This document shows, piece after piece, positions 23,827 to 32,820 of a DNA stretch of 36,526 nt. The position numbers were made by a program, and so were the translations under genes. Below the pieces are notes generated by a model. The model was given only the letters and a program-made list of their open reading frames with translations. It did no database searches and was not told the origin of the DNA. The DNA is from a virus (taxonomy: Duplodnaviria > Caudoviricetes): positions 1-36,526 of IMG/VR virus record IMGVR_UViG_3300020702_000010. One strand, 5' to 3'. The stretch's first letter is position 1; each line of letters begins with the position of its first letter.

Positions 23827-26394
23827 ATGAGCCTGCTGTCTAGCGCTGATCAAGATAGTTTTTTAAGGGCGTTATGCGCTGCAGGTTTGCAGGCGCATAG
23901 CGCTAAAGGTTTGGAGGCTGACGGCAAAATCCATCGATATCGCGTCGAGGGTGATAAGTCGGGGTCTTTGAATGGCTGGTATGTGCTGTTTGTTGACGGC
24001 AGTTTATCGGCTGGGGCGTTTGGCAGTTGGAGTACCGGTGCTCAGCATCAATGGTGCGCTAAGTCTGAACAAACCTTGTCACCACAAGAACGCGAACTGT
24101 GGCGACGCAAACAACAGGAGGCTAAGCTGGCACGAGAAGCAGAGCTTAAGGTTGTTAGGCAACAAGCCTCTGAAAAGGCGACTTATTTGGAAGGCATTGC
24201 GCAACTGGCGGCGGTCGGTGGTAGTGATGTAACAAAGGGGGCGACGCATCCTTATTTGTTAGCCAAAGGGGTTAAGCCTTACGGGGTGAAGATCTTGAAG
24301 AAGATGCTCTTGGTACCACTGCGGAACGCGTCCGGGGTGACTACCAGTGTGCAGTTTATTCAAGAAGATGGTAGTAAACGCTTTATGACGGGGGGTGAGG
24401 TTGTTGGTAGTTATTTTTCCATCGGTCAGCATCCGTCGGTGTTATGTGTGTGTGAGGGTTTTGCAACAGGGGCAAGTATTTTTGAGGCCACGGGCTTTCG
24501 GGTTGCAGTGGCGTTTAATGCGGGCAATCTGGCTGCGGTAGCGAAGGTAATGCGGGACAGGTTTCCGGCGTTTACCATTATTATCTGTGCGGATAATGAC
24601 GTTAAAAAGGAGGTTAATACGGGTCTGATTAAAGCGGCAGAAGCTGCGGAGCAGATCCACGGCATGTTGGCGGTTGCCAAGTTCCAAGAATCAGAATTAA
24701 TTAAGGGTAAGTGTCCAACTGACTTTAACGATTTACACCAGTTGCACGGCTTGAGCGCGGTGCGTGAACTACTTGAGAGTGTGATGGCTGCACCTGAGCA
24801 ACACCTTAAGGCGGCCATGCCTGAAACAAAGTCGGTCAAGCAGACGCTTAAAGACTTTGAGCTGTTGATTGATGAGTCTGATGACTTTGATTTTTTGACC
24901 GATGAGTTGTTGGGGCGCTTAGCGGTGTCTGATTTGCCGCCGCCTGCCTTGCATCATTTGACGGCTAAGGCGGCTAAGAAGGCGAGTGTGCCTAAGCATT
25001 CGTTGTTGGAGGTTGTCAGTGCTTATCGTAATGGCGACAATGCTAAGAAGCTGGGGGATTATGAGGATAGGATTAACGAGCTTAATCTGAGTCATGCGCT
25101 GTTGCCGATTGGTGGGCGCATGGTGGTGATGAACTTGGGCTATGATCCAGAAACAGAGCGCAAGCTGTTTACTTTTTCGGCTAAGGCAGACTTTGAGATG
25201 CGTTATTGCAATCGTAAGGTCTTCAGTAAGGGCGAAGAGGTGGGCTTGGGTACGTTCTGGATGAATCATGCCCGTCGTGCTGAGTTTGATGGCATGGTGT
25301 TTTCACCAGGGTTAGATCGGCCGGGCTATTTAAATTTGTGGACCGGCTGGGGTGCTGAGCCTAAGGCGGGTAACTGCCAGCTGTATTTAGACTTTGTCTA
25401 TGATGTGTTGTGTTCGGGTGACGGTGATTTGTTTGATTATATTATCCGTTGGTCTGCGCATTTGTTGCAACGCCCCCAGGAGTTGCCAGAAACGGCGCTG
25501 GTGTTTCGGGGTGCTGAGGGTATTGGTAAGAATACTTTTGTAGATCCGTTAAGTGACATTGTCGGCCGTGAACATTTCTTAACCTTGACCTCGATGGGGC
25601 AAATTACCGGGCGTTTTTCGGGGCACATGGCCACGTCGCTGTTGGTGTTTTGTAATGAGTCGGTGTGGGGTGGTGATAAGTCGGCGCAAGGCGTACTTAA
25701 ATCCATGATTACCGATAATTTGCAGCCTATTGAGTTTAAAGGTCGCGATTTGGTGATGGTTAAAAGCTATCGCCGGATGATTTTTGCGACTAATGAAACG
25801 TGGGCTGTGCCAAGAGGCGAGGGTGATCGCCGCTATGTGGTTACTGATGTCAGTGATAAGCGTAAGGGTGATTATGCTTATTTTAAAGCCATCCGTGACG
25901 AAATGAGTGCGGGCGGTACTGAGGCGTTGATGGCTTATTTATTAGCCATAGATATTTCCCAGTGGCATCCGCGCTCTATACCTGGCAAGTTACAACTGTG
26001 CGGCTGGGAGCTTAAGATTCAATCGGGCGGTTCTATCGTGCAGTGGTGGTTTGATATGTTACAGCAAGGCTGGTTAAAGACTGCGCGTTATGCGGAGGAT
26101 GATGTTTGGCCGCCGATGTTGTTGGTTGCTGAATTGCAAGCGGCGTATTTGGCGTGGTGTGTGAGTTATAAGATTACCCATCCTGAGCATTCGGTGGTGG
26201 TGGGTAGGAAGCTTAAAGACTGGGGTATTCATAAGGTTAGGCCGCGTCATGACAACCCAAACCGAAGTGCTTTTTATCAGTTGCCTGATTTGGAGCAGTC
26301 TCAAGAGCTATTTTCGACGCGCTTTTCTATCCCCCCCGCGGTGTTTGAAAGCGTTGAGCTTGTGGCTGGCCATGGTGACCATGGCGGAGGCTAA
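23827..26394 (+). CDS. Toprim primase fused to an SF3 helicase (DUF5906/P4 alpha-like)
   Basis: HPYL..KG, CEGFATG, CADND and DFND (Toprim). GAEGIGKN Walker A, LVFCNE and IFATN (SF3). Confidence 0.9.
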   Translation: MSLLSSADQDSFLRALCAAGLQAHSAKGLEADGKIHRYRVEGDKSGSLNGWYVLFVDGSLSAGAFGSWSTGAQHQWCAKSEQTLSPQERELWRRKQQEAKLAREAELKVVRQQASEKATYLEGIAQLAAVGGSDVTKGATHPYLLAKGVKPYGVKILKKMLLVPLRNASGVTTSVQFIQEDGSKRFMTGGEVVGSYFSIGQHPSVLCVCEGFATGASIFEATGFRVAVAFNAGNLAAVAKVMRDRFPAFTIIICADNDVKKEVNTGLIKAAEAAEQIHGMLAVAKFQESELIKGKCPTDFNDLHQLHGLSAVRELLESVMAAPEQHLKAAMPETKSVKQTLKDFELLIDESDDFDFLTDELLGRLAVSDLPPPALHHLTAKAAKKASVPKHSLLEVVSAYRNGDNAKKLGDYEDRINELNLSHALLPIGGRMVVMNLGYDPETERKLFTFSAKADFEMRYCNRKVFSKGEEVGLGTFWMNHARRAEFDGMVFSPGLDRPGYLNLWTGWGAEPKAGNCQLYLDFVYDVLCSGDGDLFDYIIRWSAHLLQRPQELPETALVFRGAEGIGKNTFVDPLSDIVGREHFLTLTSMGQITGRFSGHMATSLLVFCNESVWGGDKSAQGVLKSMITDNLQPIEFKGRDLVMVKSYRRMIFATNETWAVPRGEGDRRYVVTDVSDKRKGDYAYFKAIRDEMSAGGTEALMAYLLAIDISQWHPRSIPGKLQLCGWELKIQSGGSIVQWWFDMLQQGWLKTARYAEDDVWPPMLLVAELQAAYLAWCVSYKITHPEHSVVVGRKLKDWGIHKVRPRHDNPNRSAFYQLPDLEQSQELFSTRFSIPPAVFESVELVAGHGDHGGG

Positions 26395-26633
26395 CAATGA
26401 CCATAGATAAAAAAAACCTCAGCCCGCGCCGTTCGTGGGGTGGTCATAGCGGTCATAGCGACCATAGCACTAAATCGCCCACGTCTGACAGTGCTATAGG
26501 CATACCCTAGCCATAGGTAGGGTGTTTGTTATTTTAATTATTTAAAAAAGATCTATGACCGCTATGACCGCTATGACCACACTAATAGATTCAATAACTT
26601 AGGTGGCCATAGCTTGACCATAGCGACCATGGT
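26368..26633. promoter_or_regulatory. Putative replication origin with convergent iterons
   Basis: About 12 copies of G(G/A)(T/C)CAT(A/G)G in both orientations around an AT-rich core (26527-26553), directly after the primase-helicase gene. An IHF-like TTCAATAACTTA is present. Confidence 0.75.
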
Positions 26634-26645
26634 TAGAGAGGATTT

Positions 26646-26822
26646 ATGAGTGATAAGAAACAACAGTGGTTAGCCATTCAGGAGCAAGCGCCAGCGCTGG
26701 CTGCTTGGCTGGTTGAGATGAATAAGCTGTTTGGTAAGCCTGTGGCGTTGCGGATTGAGTTTCCTTCGGGCTTGGTGGTTGAGTCGGGTAGTATCAGGCA
26801 GCCGCGTACGCCTTTACATTAA
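26646..26822 (+). CDS. Small hypothetical protein (58 aa, not in the ORF track)
   Basis: GAGAGGA RBS; MSDKKQQWLAIQEQAPALAAWLVEMNKLFGKP... Confidence 0.65.
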   Translation: MSDKKQQWLAIQEQAPALAAWLVEMNKLFGKPVALRIEFPSGLVVESGSIRQPRTPLH

Positions 26823-26838
26823 ATACAGTTAAACACTT

Positions 26839-27384
26839 ATGACTAATAAAATAGATGAATGGGATCAAACAGAAATCTTCGGTGATGGTATTTGTGTGGT
26901 GTGTGGCCAGGATGTTGAGCCGACCTTAAGCAAAGGTAAGTTGGTGCTGCTGATGTGGTGCTCTTCGGCTTGTACTCAGTCTTATGCGGCTCGGTTTTTA
27001 ACCGACAAACAGGCGGTGTTCTTTAAGGAATACTTGCTTGATTTGAATGCCACGCAAGCGGCGCTTAGATCGGGTTATTCTGCTAAAACTGCGCGGGTGA
27101 TTGGCTCTGAGAACCTGACAAAACCTGCTATAAAACAAGCCATTAGCCTTGCTATGACCGAAAGAGCTAGCCATTTAAAGCTGACGGCGACTAAGGTGAT
27201 GACGGATATTGAGTTGGTAAGATTAGATGCCATTAAACCGCTGGGTTCGCAGTCGATGAATAATCATGGTGCGGCGTTAAAGGCTAGTGAACTCCAAGGC
27301 CGGCATATGCAGTTGTTTGTCGATAAGGTTGAGCACTCAGGCGGTCAGACTTTACAGGTGATTACCGGGGTTGATGCAGAATGA
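26839..27384 (+). CDS. terS: Terminase small subunit with an N-terminal Cys4 extension
   Basis: LTDKQAVFFKEYLLDLNATQAALRSGYSAKTARVIGSENLTKP. Confidence 0.9.
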   Translation: MTNKIDEWDQTEIFGDGICVVCGQDVEPTLSKGKLVLLMWCSSACTQSYAARFLTDKQAVFFKEYLLDLNATQAALRSGYSAKTARVIGSENLTKPAIKQAISLAMTERASHLKLTATKVMTDIELVRLDAIKPLGSQSMNNHGAALKASELQGRHMQLFVDKVEHSGGQTLQVITGVDAE

Positions 27385-27441
27385 CTATGGGTATGGTGGT
27401 AGCGATGGCTTTTGTGTTGGCGGTTATTGTGGGGCGCTTAA

Positions 27442-28758
27442 ATGATAGAGCCGATTAGGTTACGCTACTTTCCTAGGGATTGGCAAAAAGAATGCCACGC
27501 TAATCGCAAGCGCTTTACGGTACTAGCTCTACATCGACGTGCCGGCAAAACAGAGCTAGCTATTATGGAGCTGCTAGACAAAGCCATGAAGTTTAAGCTT
27601 GAGATGGGCCAGTTCTTTTATGTGGCGCCTTTTCTAAAGCAGGCTAAAGCGATTGCTTGGTCACGGCTTAAGCAGAAGGTGGCGCCTTTGGTGCCTTATG
27701 GGGCTGTGATTATTAATGAGTCTGAGCTATCGGTGACTATCGCTGCTAACAACTGCCTGATTCGTATTTTTGGTGGCGATAATCCTGACGCGATGCGCGG
27801 GGTTCGTTTGGATGGCATTGTTATTGATGAGGTGGCACAGATTAAGGCGGAGGTGTGGCAGGATATTATTCAGCCGGCCTTATCAGATAGGCTGGGCTGG
27901 GCGCTGTTCATTGGTACGCCTTCGGGCATCAATTTATTCTCTGAGCTGTATTTTAGGTCCGGCAGTTATGACGATTGGCATAGTGCAAAATATACCGTCT
28001 ACGATACCCACTCGCTTGATGAGGCTGAGGTCGAAAGGCTTAGGCGCGATATGGCTGAGACTTCTTTCGCCAGGGAATACCTATGTGACTTTACCGCGGC
28101 TGGTGACAATCAGTTGATGTCCTTATCTGATGTTGAAGCGGGCGCAACTCGAACAATACCGGATAGAGATATCATCTATGCGCCTAAAATACTGGGTGTC
28201 GATCCTGCTCGCTTTGGTGATGATCGATCAGTCATCTTTATGCGCCAAGGACTAGCAACTCACAAGCCTATCATTCTGCGTGGCATAGATAACATGGCAT
28301 TAGCTCAACGGGTAGCCTCTGAGATTATGGAGCATAAGCCTGATGCGGTATTTATCGATGCGGGTGCGGGTTCTGGTGTGATAGACAGGCTGCGTCAGCT
28401 GGGCCATGAGGTCACAGAGGTAGCCTTTGCCGGTAAACCTACCGATGGTCGCTATCTTAATAAGCGCGCCGAAATCTGGTGTGAGTTACGCGACTGGCTA
28501 ACGGGTGGCGGCTGTATTCCCAACGACCAAGGCCTTAAGCAAGACTTAGCCTCACCGACTTACTTCTATAACTCTGCTGGTAAGATTCAGCTTGAATCTA
28601 AAGATGAGATTAAGAAGCGTGGCCTGCCTTCCCCTGATATTGGTGACGCCTTAGCCCTGACCTTTTCATTCCCGGTGATTCCTAAGAAAGACACTCACCA
28701 TTCTTCTAACAGGCCGCGCAACGATGCTATGCGTGGCCATGATCCCTTTGCGAGATAA
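27442..28758 (+). CDS. terL: Terminase large subunit
   Basis: HRRAGKT, IVIDE, IGTP, FAREY, GVDPARFGDD, SPDIGDALAL. Confidence 0.95.
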   Translation: MIEPIRLRYFPRDWQKECHANRKRFTVLALHRRAGKTELAIMELLDKAMKFKLEMGQFFYVAPFLKQAKAIAWSRLKQKVAPLVPYGAVIINESELSVTIAANNCLIRIFGGDNPDAMRGVRLDGIVIDEVAQIKAEVWQDIIQPALSDRLGWALFIGTPSGINLFSELYFRSGSYDDWHSAKYTVYDTHSLDEAEVERLRRDMAETSFAREYLCDFTAAGDNQLMSLSDVEAGATRTIPDRDIIYAPKILGVDPARFGDDRSVIFMRQGLATHKPIILRGIDNMALAQRVASEIMEHKPDAVFIDAGAGSGVIDRLRQLGHEVTEVAFAGKPTDGRYLNKRAEIWCELRDWLTGGGCIPNDQGLKQDLASPTYFYNSAGKIQLESKDEIKKRGLPSPDIGDALALTFSFPVIPKKDTHHSSNRPRNDAMRGHDPFAR

Positions 28759-28760
28759 CC

Positions 28761-29123
28761 ATGATTAAATGGCTTAGAGCATCCCATTGTGCCGTTCCCC
28801 TATCTTATCCTTGTTTAATGATGTTAGCGTCGGGTGATTCAGTCATTGGCGTATTCACACCTGATATGAAGGTCATCGCTTGGACGGTGGTTAATCTGCC
28901 TGACTGGTTGATGCTAAAGACCGGCGCAGGATCTGGCAGAGTTCGTGGCGAGAACCATCCAAAGGCTACGCTATCAGACGATGATTGCGCCACCATTAGG
29001 TCCGCGTATGATACTGGATCGTTCAGCTATCAAGACTTAGCTGGCAAGTTCGACTGCTCCAAGTCTACGGTTAGAGACATCATCAAAGAGCGCACGCGCT
29101 TTAGTGAGCGCCTGCATAAGTAA
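28761..29123 (+). CDS. HTH protein, candidate late regulator (start uncertain)
   Basis: RGENHPKATLSDDD...SYQDLAGKFDCSKSTVRDII. Confidence 0.6.
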   Translation: MIKWLRASHCAVPLSYPCLMMLASGDSVIGVFTPDMKVIAWTVVNLPDWLMLKTGAGSGRVRGENHPKATLSDDDCATIRSAYDTGSFSYQDLAGKFDCSKSTVRDIIKERTRFSERLHK

Positions 29124-29126
29124 GCC

Positions 29127-29158
29127 GTGCGGATGATAATTAATTGAGCTGATAAGCT
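29127..29158 (+). promoter_or_regulatory. Candidate late promoter upstream of the portal operon
   Basis: Intergenic GTGCGGATGATAA with TAAGCT at 29153-58. Confidence 0.5.
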
Positions 29159-29186
29159 CTCACTAACTTTAAAAGTGAGAGTCATT

Positions 29187-29399
29187 ATGTGTTCAGCTCC
29201 GGATATCCCAGCACCACCGCCACCACCGCCACCACCTCAATTAGCTCATGCGCCTGATGTTAAGGCTGTGGTCGCTGATGTGGGTACGCAAAACGTAGCA
29301 CAAGGCGGTGGCGGGGTTACTACTACTCTATTAACGGGCGGCCAAGGCGATCCAATTGCTGCTGGCACGCTGGCTAAGAAGACCTTGCTAGGCTCTTAA
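29187..29399 (+). CDS. Small Pro-rich pre-portal virion protein
   Basis: MCSAP...PPPP...TLLTG...KKTLLG, typical of the gene preceding the portal in this phage group. Confidence 0.75.
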   Translation: MCSAPDIPAPPPPPPPPQLAHAPDVKAVVADVGTQNVAQGGGGVTTTLLTGGQGDPIAAGTLAKKTLLGS

Positions 29400-31067
29400 G
29401 TGTCAGAAGAACTCAAGCTACTTAATAGCCGCTGGAACGCTCTAAAGATGGAGCGTTCTACTTGGCTACAGCATTGGTCAGACGTGAGTCGTAACTTACT
29501 GCCGGTCAATGGCCGCTATTTTATAGGCGATAGAAACAAGGGCTTTAAAAGACACAACACTATTTATGATTCAACTGGCACTAGGGCGCTTAGAGTCTTA
29601 GCTGCTGGCATGATGTCTGGCATGACCTCGCCCTCACGACCTTGGTTTAGGTTATCGGTTACCGATACAGACTTGATGGAGTTTCAGCCGGTTAAAATAT
29701 GGCTGAATGCCGTATCAGATCAAGTTAGCGATGTGTTGGCTAAATCAAACTGCTATCGCGTCTTACACTCTATGTATGAAGAGCTAGGCGCCTTTGGTAC
29801 AGCCTCTGCTTTAATCGCTGAAGATTATAACAATGTTATCCATCTACATCCTTTCACGATTGGTGAGTATGCCATCACGACTGACTGGAAGGGTGAGGTT
29901 AATACTTTATACAGAGAGTTTGACAAGACGGTCGCTGAAATCGTCGGTGAGTTCGGTTTAGAGAACTGCTCATCTGTCGTTAAGTCTGCTTATCAGCGTG
30001 GCAGTCTCGATCAGTGGGTGACCTTGATCCACGCTATTGAGCCTAGAGCTGATCGAGATCAGAGTAAAAAAGACAATCTTAATATGCCGTTCAAGTCGGT
30101 GTACTTCGAGCGTAATGCTGGTGATAAGAAGGTTCTGCGCGAATCAGGTTATCAGACCTTCCCTTGCGTAGCACCTCGCTGGACTACCGTCGGTGGCGAT
30201 ATCTATGGCGTTTCACCCGGCATGGAAGCACTAGGCGATATTAAACAATTACAAGCCCAGCAGTTTAGAAAGTCTCAAGCTATCGATTATCAAGCCAATC
30301 CCCCTATTCAAGTGCCATCGAGTATGAAGAATAGAGAGATCGAGTTATTCCCCGGCGGTATCTCTTATTACGATGCCTCCTCTGGCACCCAAGGGGTCAA
30401 GACCGCCTTTGAGGTCAATCTTAATCTCCAGACTTTGCTCATGGATATTCAAGATGTGCGTACCCGTATTAATGGGGCGTTCTTCTCTGATATTTTCATG
30501 GCGATCAGTCAGCAAGATACGCGCATGACCGCTACAGAAGTGGCTGCGCGTAATGAAGAGAAGATGCTGATGCTGGGGCCAGTGGTTGAGCGCTTAAATA
30601 ATGAGCTACTTGATCCACTGATCGAGACAGTCTTCGAGCGGCTACTGACTGCCGGCATGTTACCACCCCCTCCTGAAGAGTTAGCCGGCCATGATCTTAA
30701 TATCGAATATGTATCTATGCTGGCTCAGGCTCAAAAGGCTGTGTCAGTCAATGGTATCGACCGATTTGTCTCAAGCATGGGACAGATTGCTACCTTACGC
30801 CCTGATGTCCTGGACAAGTTTGACCCTGATCATTGGGTGGATGTCTACTCGGACAAGCTGGGTATTGATCCAGAACTGATTATCAGTGGTGAGCAAGTTG
30901 GCTTAATCCGTCAACAACGCGCACAAGCTCAAGCACAGCAACAAAAACAGGCGCAGCTGATGGAAATGTCACAAGCGGCCAAGAATCTCGGACAAACCTC
31001 AACTCAACCCGGTACAGCCACTGGCGACATGCTGTCCAAACTTCAAGGACAACAACCCCATGGCTAG
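29400..31067 (+). CDS. Portal protein (head-to-tail connector)
   Basis: GMTSPSRPWF, YGVSPGMEALGD, MTATEV..R..EKMLMLGPV.ERL. Confidence 0.95.
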   Translation: MSEELKLLNSRWNALKMERSTWLQHWSDVSRNLLPVNGRYFIGDRNKGFKRHNTIYDSTGTRALRVLAAGMMSGMTSPSRPWFRLSVTDTDLMEFQPVKIWLNAVSDQVSDVLAKSNCYRVLHSMYEELGAFGTASALIAEDYNNVIHLHPFTIGEYAITTDWKGEVNTLYREFDKTVAEIVGEFGLENCSSVVKSAYQRGSLDQWVTLIHAIEPRADRDQSKKDNLNMPFKSVYFERNAGDKKVLRESGYQTFPCVAPRWTTVGGDIYGVSPGMEALGDIKQLQAQQFRKSQAIDYQANPPIQVPSSMKNREIELFPGGISYYDASSGTQGVKTAFEVNLNLQTLLMDIQDVRTRINGAFFSDIFMAISQQDTRMTATEVAARNEEKMLMLGPVVERLNNELLDPLIETVFERLLTAGMLPPPPEELAGHDLNIEYVSMLAQAQKAVSVNGIDRFVSSMGQIATLRPDVLDKFDPDHWVDVYSDKLGIDPELIISGEQVGLIRQQRAQAQAQQQKQAQLMEMSQAAKNLGQTSTQPGTATGDMLSKLQGQQPHG

Positions 31068-31353
31068 ACAATTATTTTCAACTGTAGGTTATACGGTTGG
31101 CGCTAAAGAATACACAGAGCTTGAAGGTGTGCCAACCACTGCGACGGACGCCACTGCTTTAGTCAGCGGCCCTTGTACTGGCATTGCTGTTACCGGCGCT
31201 GGTAACGTCGCGGGTACTTTGGCATCAGGTGGTACCTTCTTATTAACCGGCTTAAGTGCGAACCAGATCGTTAAAATCAACGCCTCTATTATCGCCGCGA
31301 CTTCAACCACTGCGACCGGCATCTTTGCCTTGTACCCAGCGGGAACAATCTAA
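31060..31353 (+). CDS. Head spike base-like protein, divergent paralogue
   Basis: GIAVTGAGNVAGTLASG...IAATSTTATGIFALY parallels the next gene. Confidence 0.55.
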   Translation: MARQLFSTVGYTVGAKEYTELEGVPTTATDATALVSGPCTGIAVTGAGNVAGTLASGGTFLLTGLSANQIVKINASIIAATSTTATGIFALYPAGTI

Positions 31354-31631
31354 TGGCTCAATATCCTAATACCCTGGCGTCATCCAATGACATGTATACC
31401 AGTTATTCGGATGCTTATGCGGTTGTTCCGAATGACTCAACTGACTTTACTCAAGGCGCTACTAGGGCCATCTATGTCGGTGGTGCTGGCACGATTAGTT
31501 TAATCATGGCTAGTGGTAATGCTGTGACTATGACTGTACCAGTTAATGCGATTGGTTTCGTTATCAACTTAAGAGTTAAGCGCATCTTAGCTACCGGCAC
31601 AACGGCCACTCTGATCTTAGGCTTGTACTAA
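31353..31631 (+). CDS. Head spike base protein (RcGTA Rcc01079-like)
   Basis: AVVPNDSTD...TRAIYVGGAGTI...RVKRILATGTTAT.ILGLY. Confidence 0.7.
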   Translation: MAQYPNTLASSNDMYTSYSDAYAVVPNDSTDFTQGATRAIYVGGAGTISLIMASGNAVTMTVPVNAIGFVINLRVKRILATGTTATLILGLY

Positions 31632-31632
31632 C

Positions 31633-31959
31633 ATGAAAATGCTCAGTATGAAGAAAGATGGCGACGACAGTGGCGATGCTGCTTACTGCATGTCCGCTAA
31701 GTATGGTTATGGCTTAACGCTGCACTTAGATGAAGACCAGTGCGAGGCGTTAGGTATCTCTAAAGCATTGAAGGCTGGCACACAAGTCACCTTACAAGCC
31801 ATTGCCATCGTCACCTCTGCAACTGAATCATTAGAGCGTGATGGCGACGATAAAGGCACTGATGTCAGTATCTGTTTACAGATCACTGATATGGGCTTGA
31901 CAACCGGATCTACACTTAAGAATGCCGCTAATCTGCTTTACGGTGTGGATGATAAATAA
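31633..31959 (+). CDS. Capsid staple protein (epsilon15 gp10-like)
   Basis: YGYGLTLHLDEDQCEALGI...LQITDMGL. Confidence 0.7.
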   Translation: MKMLSMKKDGDDSGDAAYCMSAKYGYGLTLHLDEDQCEALGISKALKAGTQVTLQAIAIVTSATESLERDGDDKGTDVSICLQITDMGLTTGSTLKNAANLLYGVDDK

Positions 31960-31975
31960 CTCAGTCGGTTACGCT
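31943..31975 (+). promoter_or_regulatory. Candidate late promoter upstream of the scaffold/capsid genes
   Basis: GTGTGGATGATAA with TACGCT at 31970-75. Confidence 0.45.
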
Positions 31976-32275
31976 ATGGATGAAGATTTACGAGCGCAAC
32001 GGGAACAGCTTAGAAAGATTCATCTGGCCGCCGAGTCGCAAGACTTTCAAGCCATCGCTACTTTACCAGAAGGCCGTCGTTTACTCAGGCGCTTGATGGG
32101 TGAGTGTGGGGTCTTTCAAACGAGCTTCACTGGTGAAGGCTTGACCGCCGCACATAAAGAAGGTAAGCGGGTTATAGGATTATGGGTACTGGAGCAATTT
32201 AATAACTGCCCAGATTTATACATACAATTACTTACGGAACAAACTAATGACCGAAGAAATAGCATCGACGACTGA
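31976..32275 (+). CDS. Bbp19-like protein
   Basis: PEGRRLLRRLMGECGVFQTSF...EGKRVIGL. Confidence 0.75.
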   Translation: MDEDLRAQREQLRKIHLAAESQDFQAIATLPEGRRLLRRLMGECGVFQTSFTGEGLTAAHKEGKRVIGLWVLEQFNNCPDLYIQLLTEQTNDRRNSIDD

Positions 32276-32810
32276 AGAAGTTGCGACTGATGTTGTCATT
32301 GAACCGACTACAGAAACCACTTTATTGTCAGCAGAAGCGCCTGAAGCGCCTGCCGAGATAGAGTACACCGACTTCACGTATCCCGAAGGTACAGTGGTTG
32401 ACGAAACTATCCAGGACGCCTTTAAAACAGCGGCCAAGGAAGCGGGTTTAACCCAAGCGCAAGCGCAACACCTGACAGATATGGGAGGCTTGATGAGAGC
32501 TAAAGTAATGGCCGACCATCAAGCTGCACAAGCACAGGTCTATACCGACTGGGCAGAACAGTCACGCTCTGATAAAGAGTTTGGCGGTGCAAAAATGGAC
32601 GAGAACCTGGCTATCGCAAGCAAAGCGATCAACGCTTTTGCCACGCCTGAACTGAAAGCTCTACTCGACCAGACGGGTATCGGTAATCATCCTGAGATGA
32701 TCCGAGCCTTTTATCGAGCAGGCAAAGCAATGTCAGAAGATAACTTAGTACCTGGGGGTAAAGGCCCAGCCGCTACGTCATCACTGGCTGATCGACTTTA
32801 TCCACAATAG
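32247..32810 (+). CDS. Capsid scaffolding protein
   Basis: Acidic N-terminus, DKEFGG, TGIGNHPEMIRAFYRAGKAMSED; lies before the major capsid gene. Confidence 0.8.
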   Translation: MTEEIASTTEEVATDVVIEPTTETTLLSAEAPEAPAEIEYTDFTYPEGTVVDETIQDAFKTAAKEAGLTQAQAQHLTDMGGLMRAKVMADHQAAQAQVYTDWAEQSRSDKEFGGAKMDENLAIASKAINAFATPELKALLDQTGIGNHPEMIRAFYRAGKAMSEDNLVPGGKGPAATSSLADRLYPQ

Positions 32811-32820
32811 GAAGTAAATA

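Noticed and set aside
24587-24620. GTGCGGATAAT as a fourth late-promoter motif
   Set aside because: It is explained by the CADND Toprim motif and has no TAnnnT at the expected spacing.
28761-29123. HNH homing endonuclease
   Set aside because: Only the GE.HP.A.L plus HTH DNA-binding part is present; there is no HNH catalytic motif.
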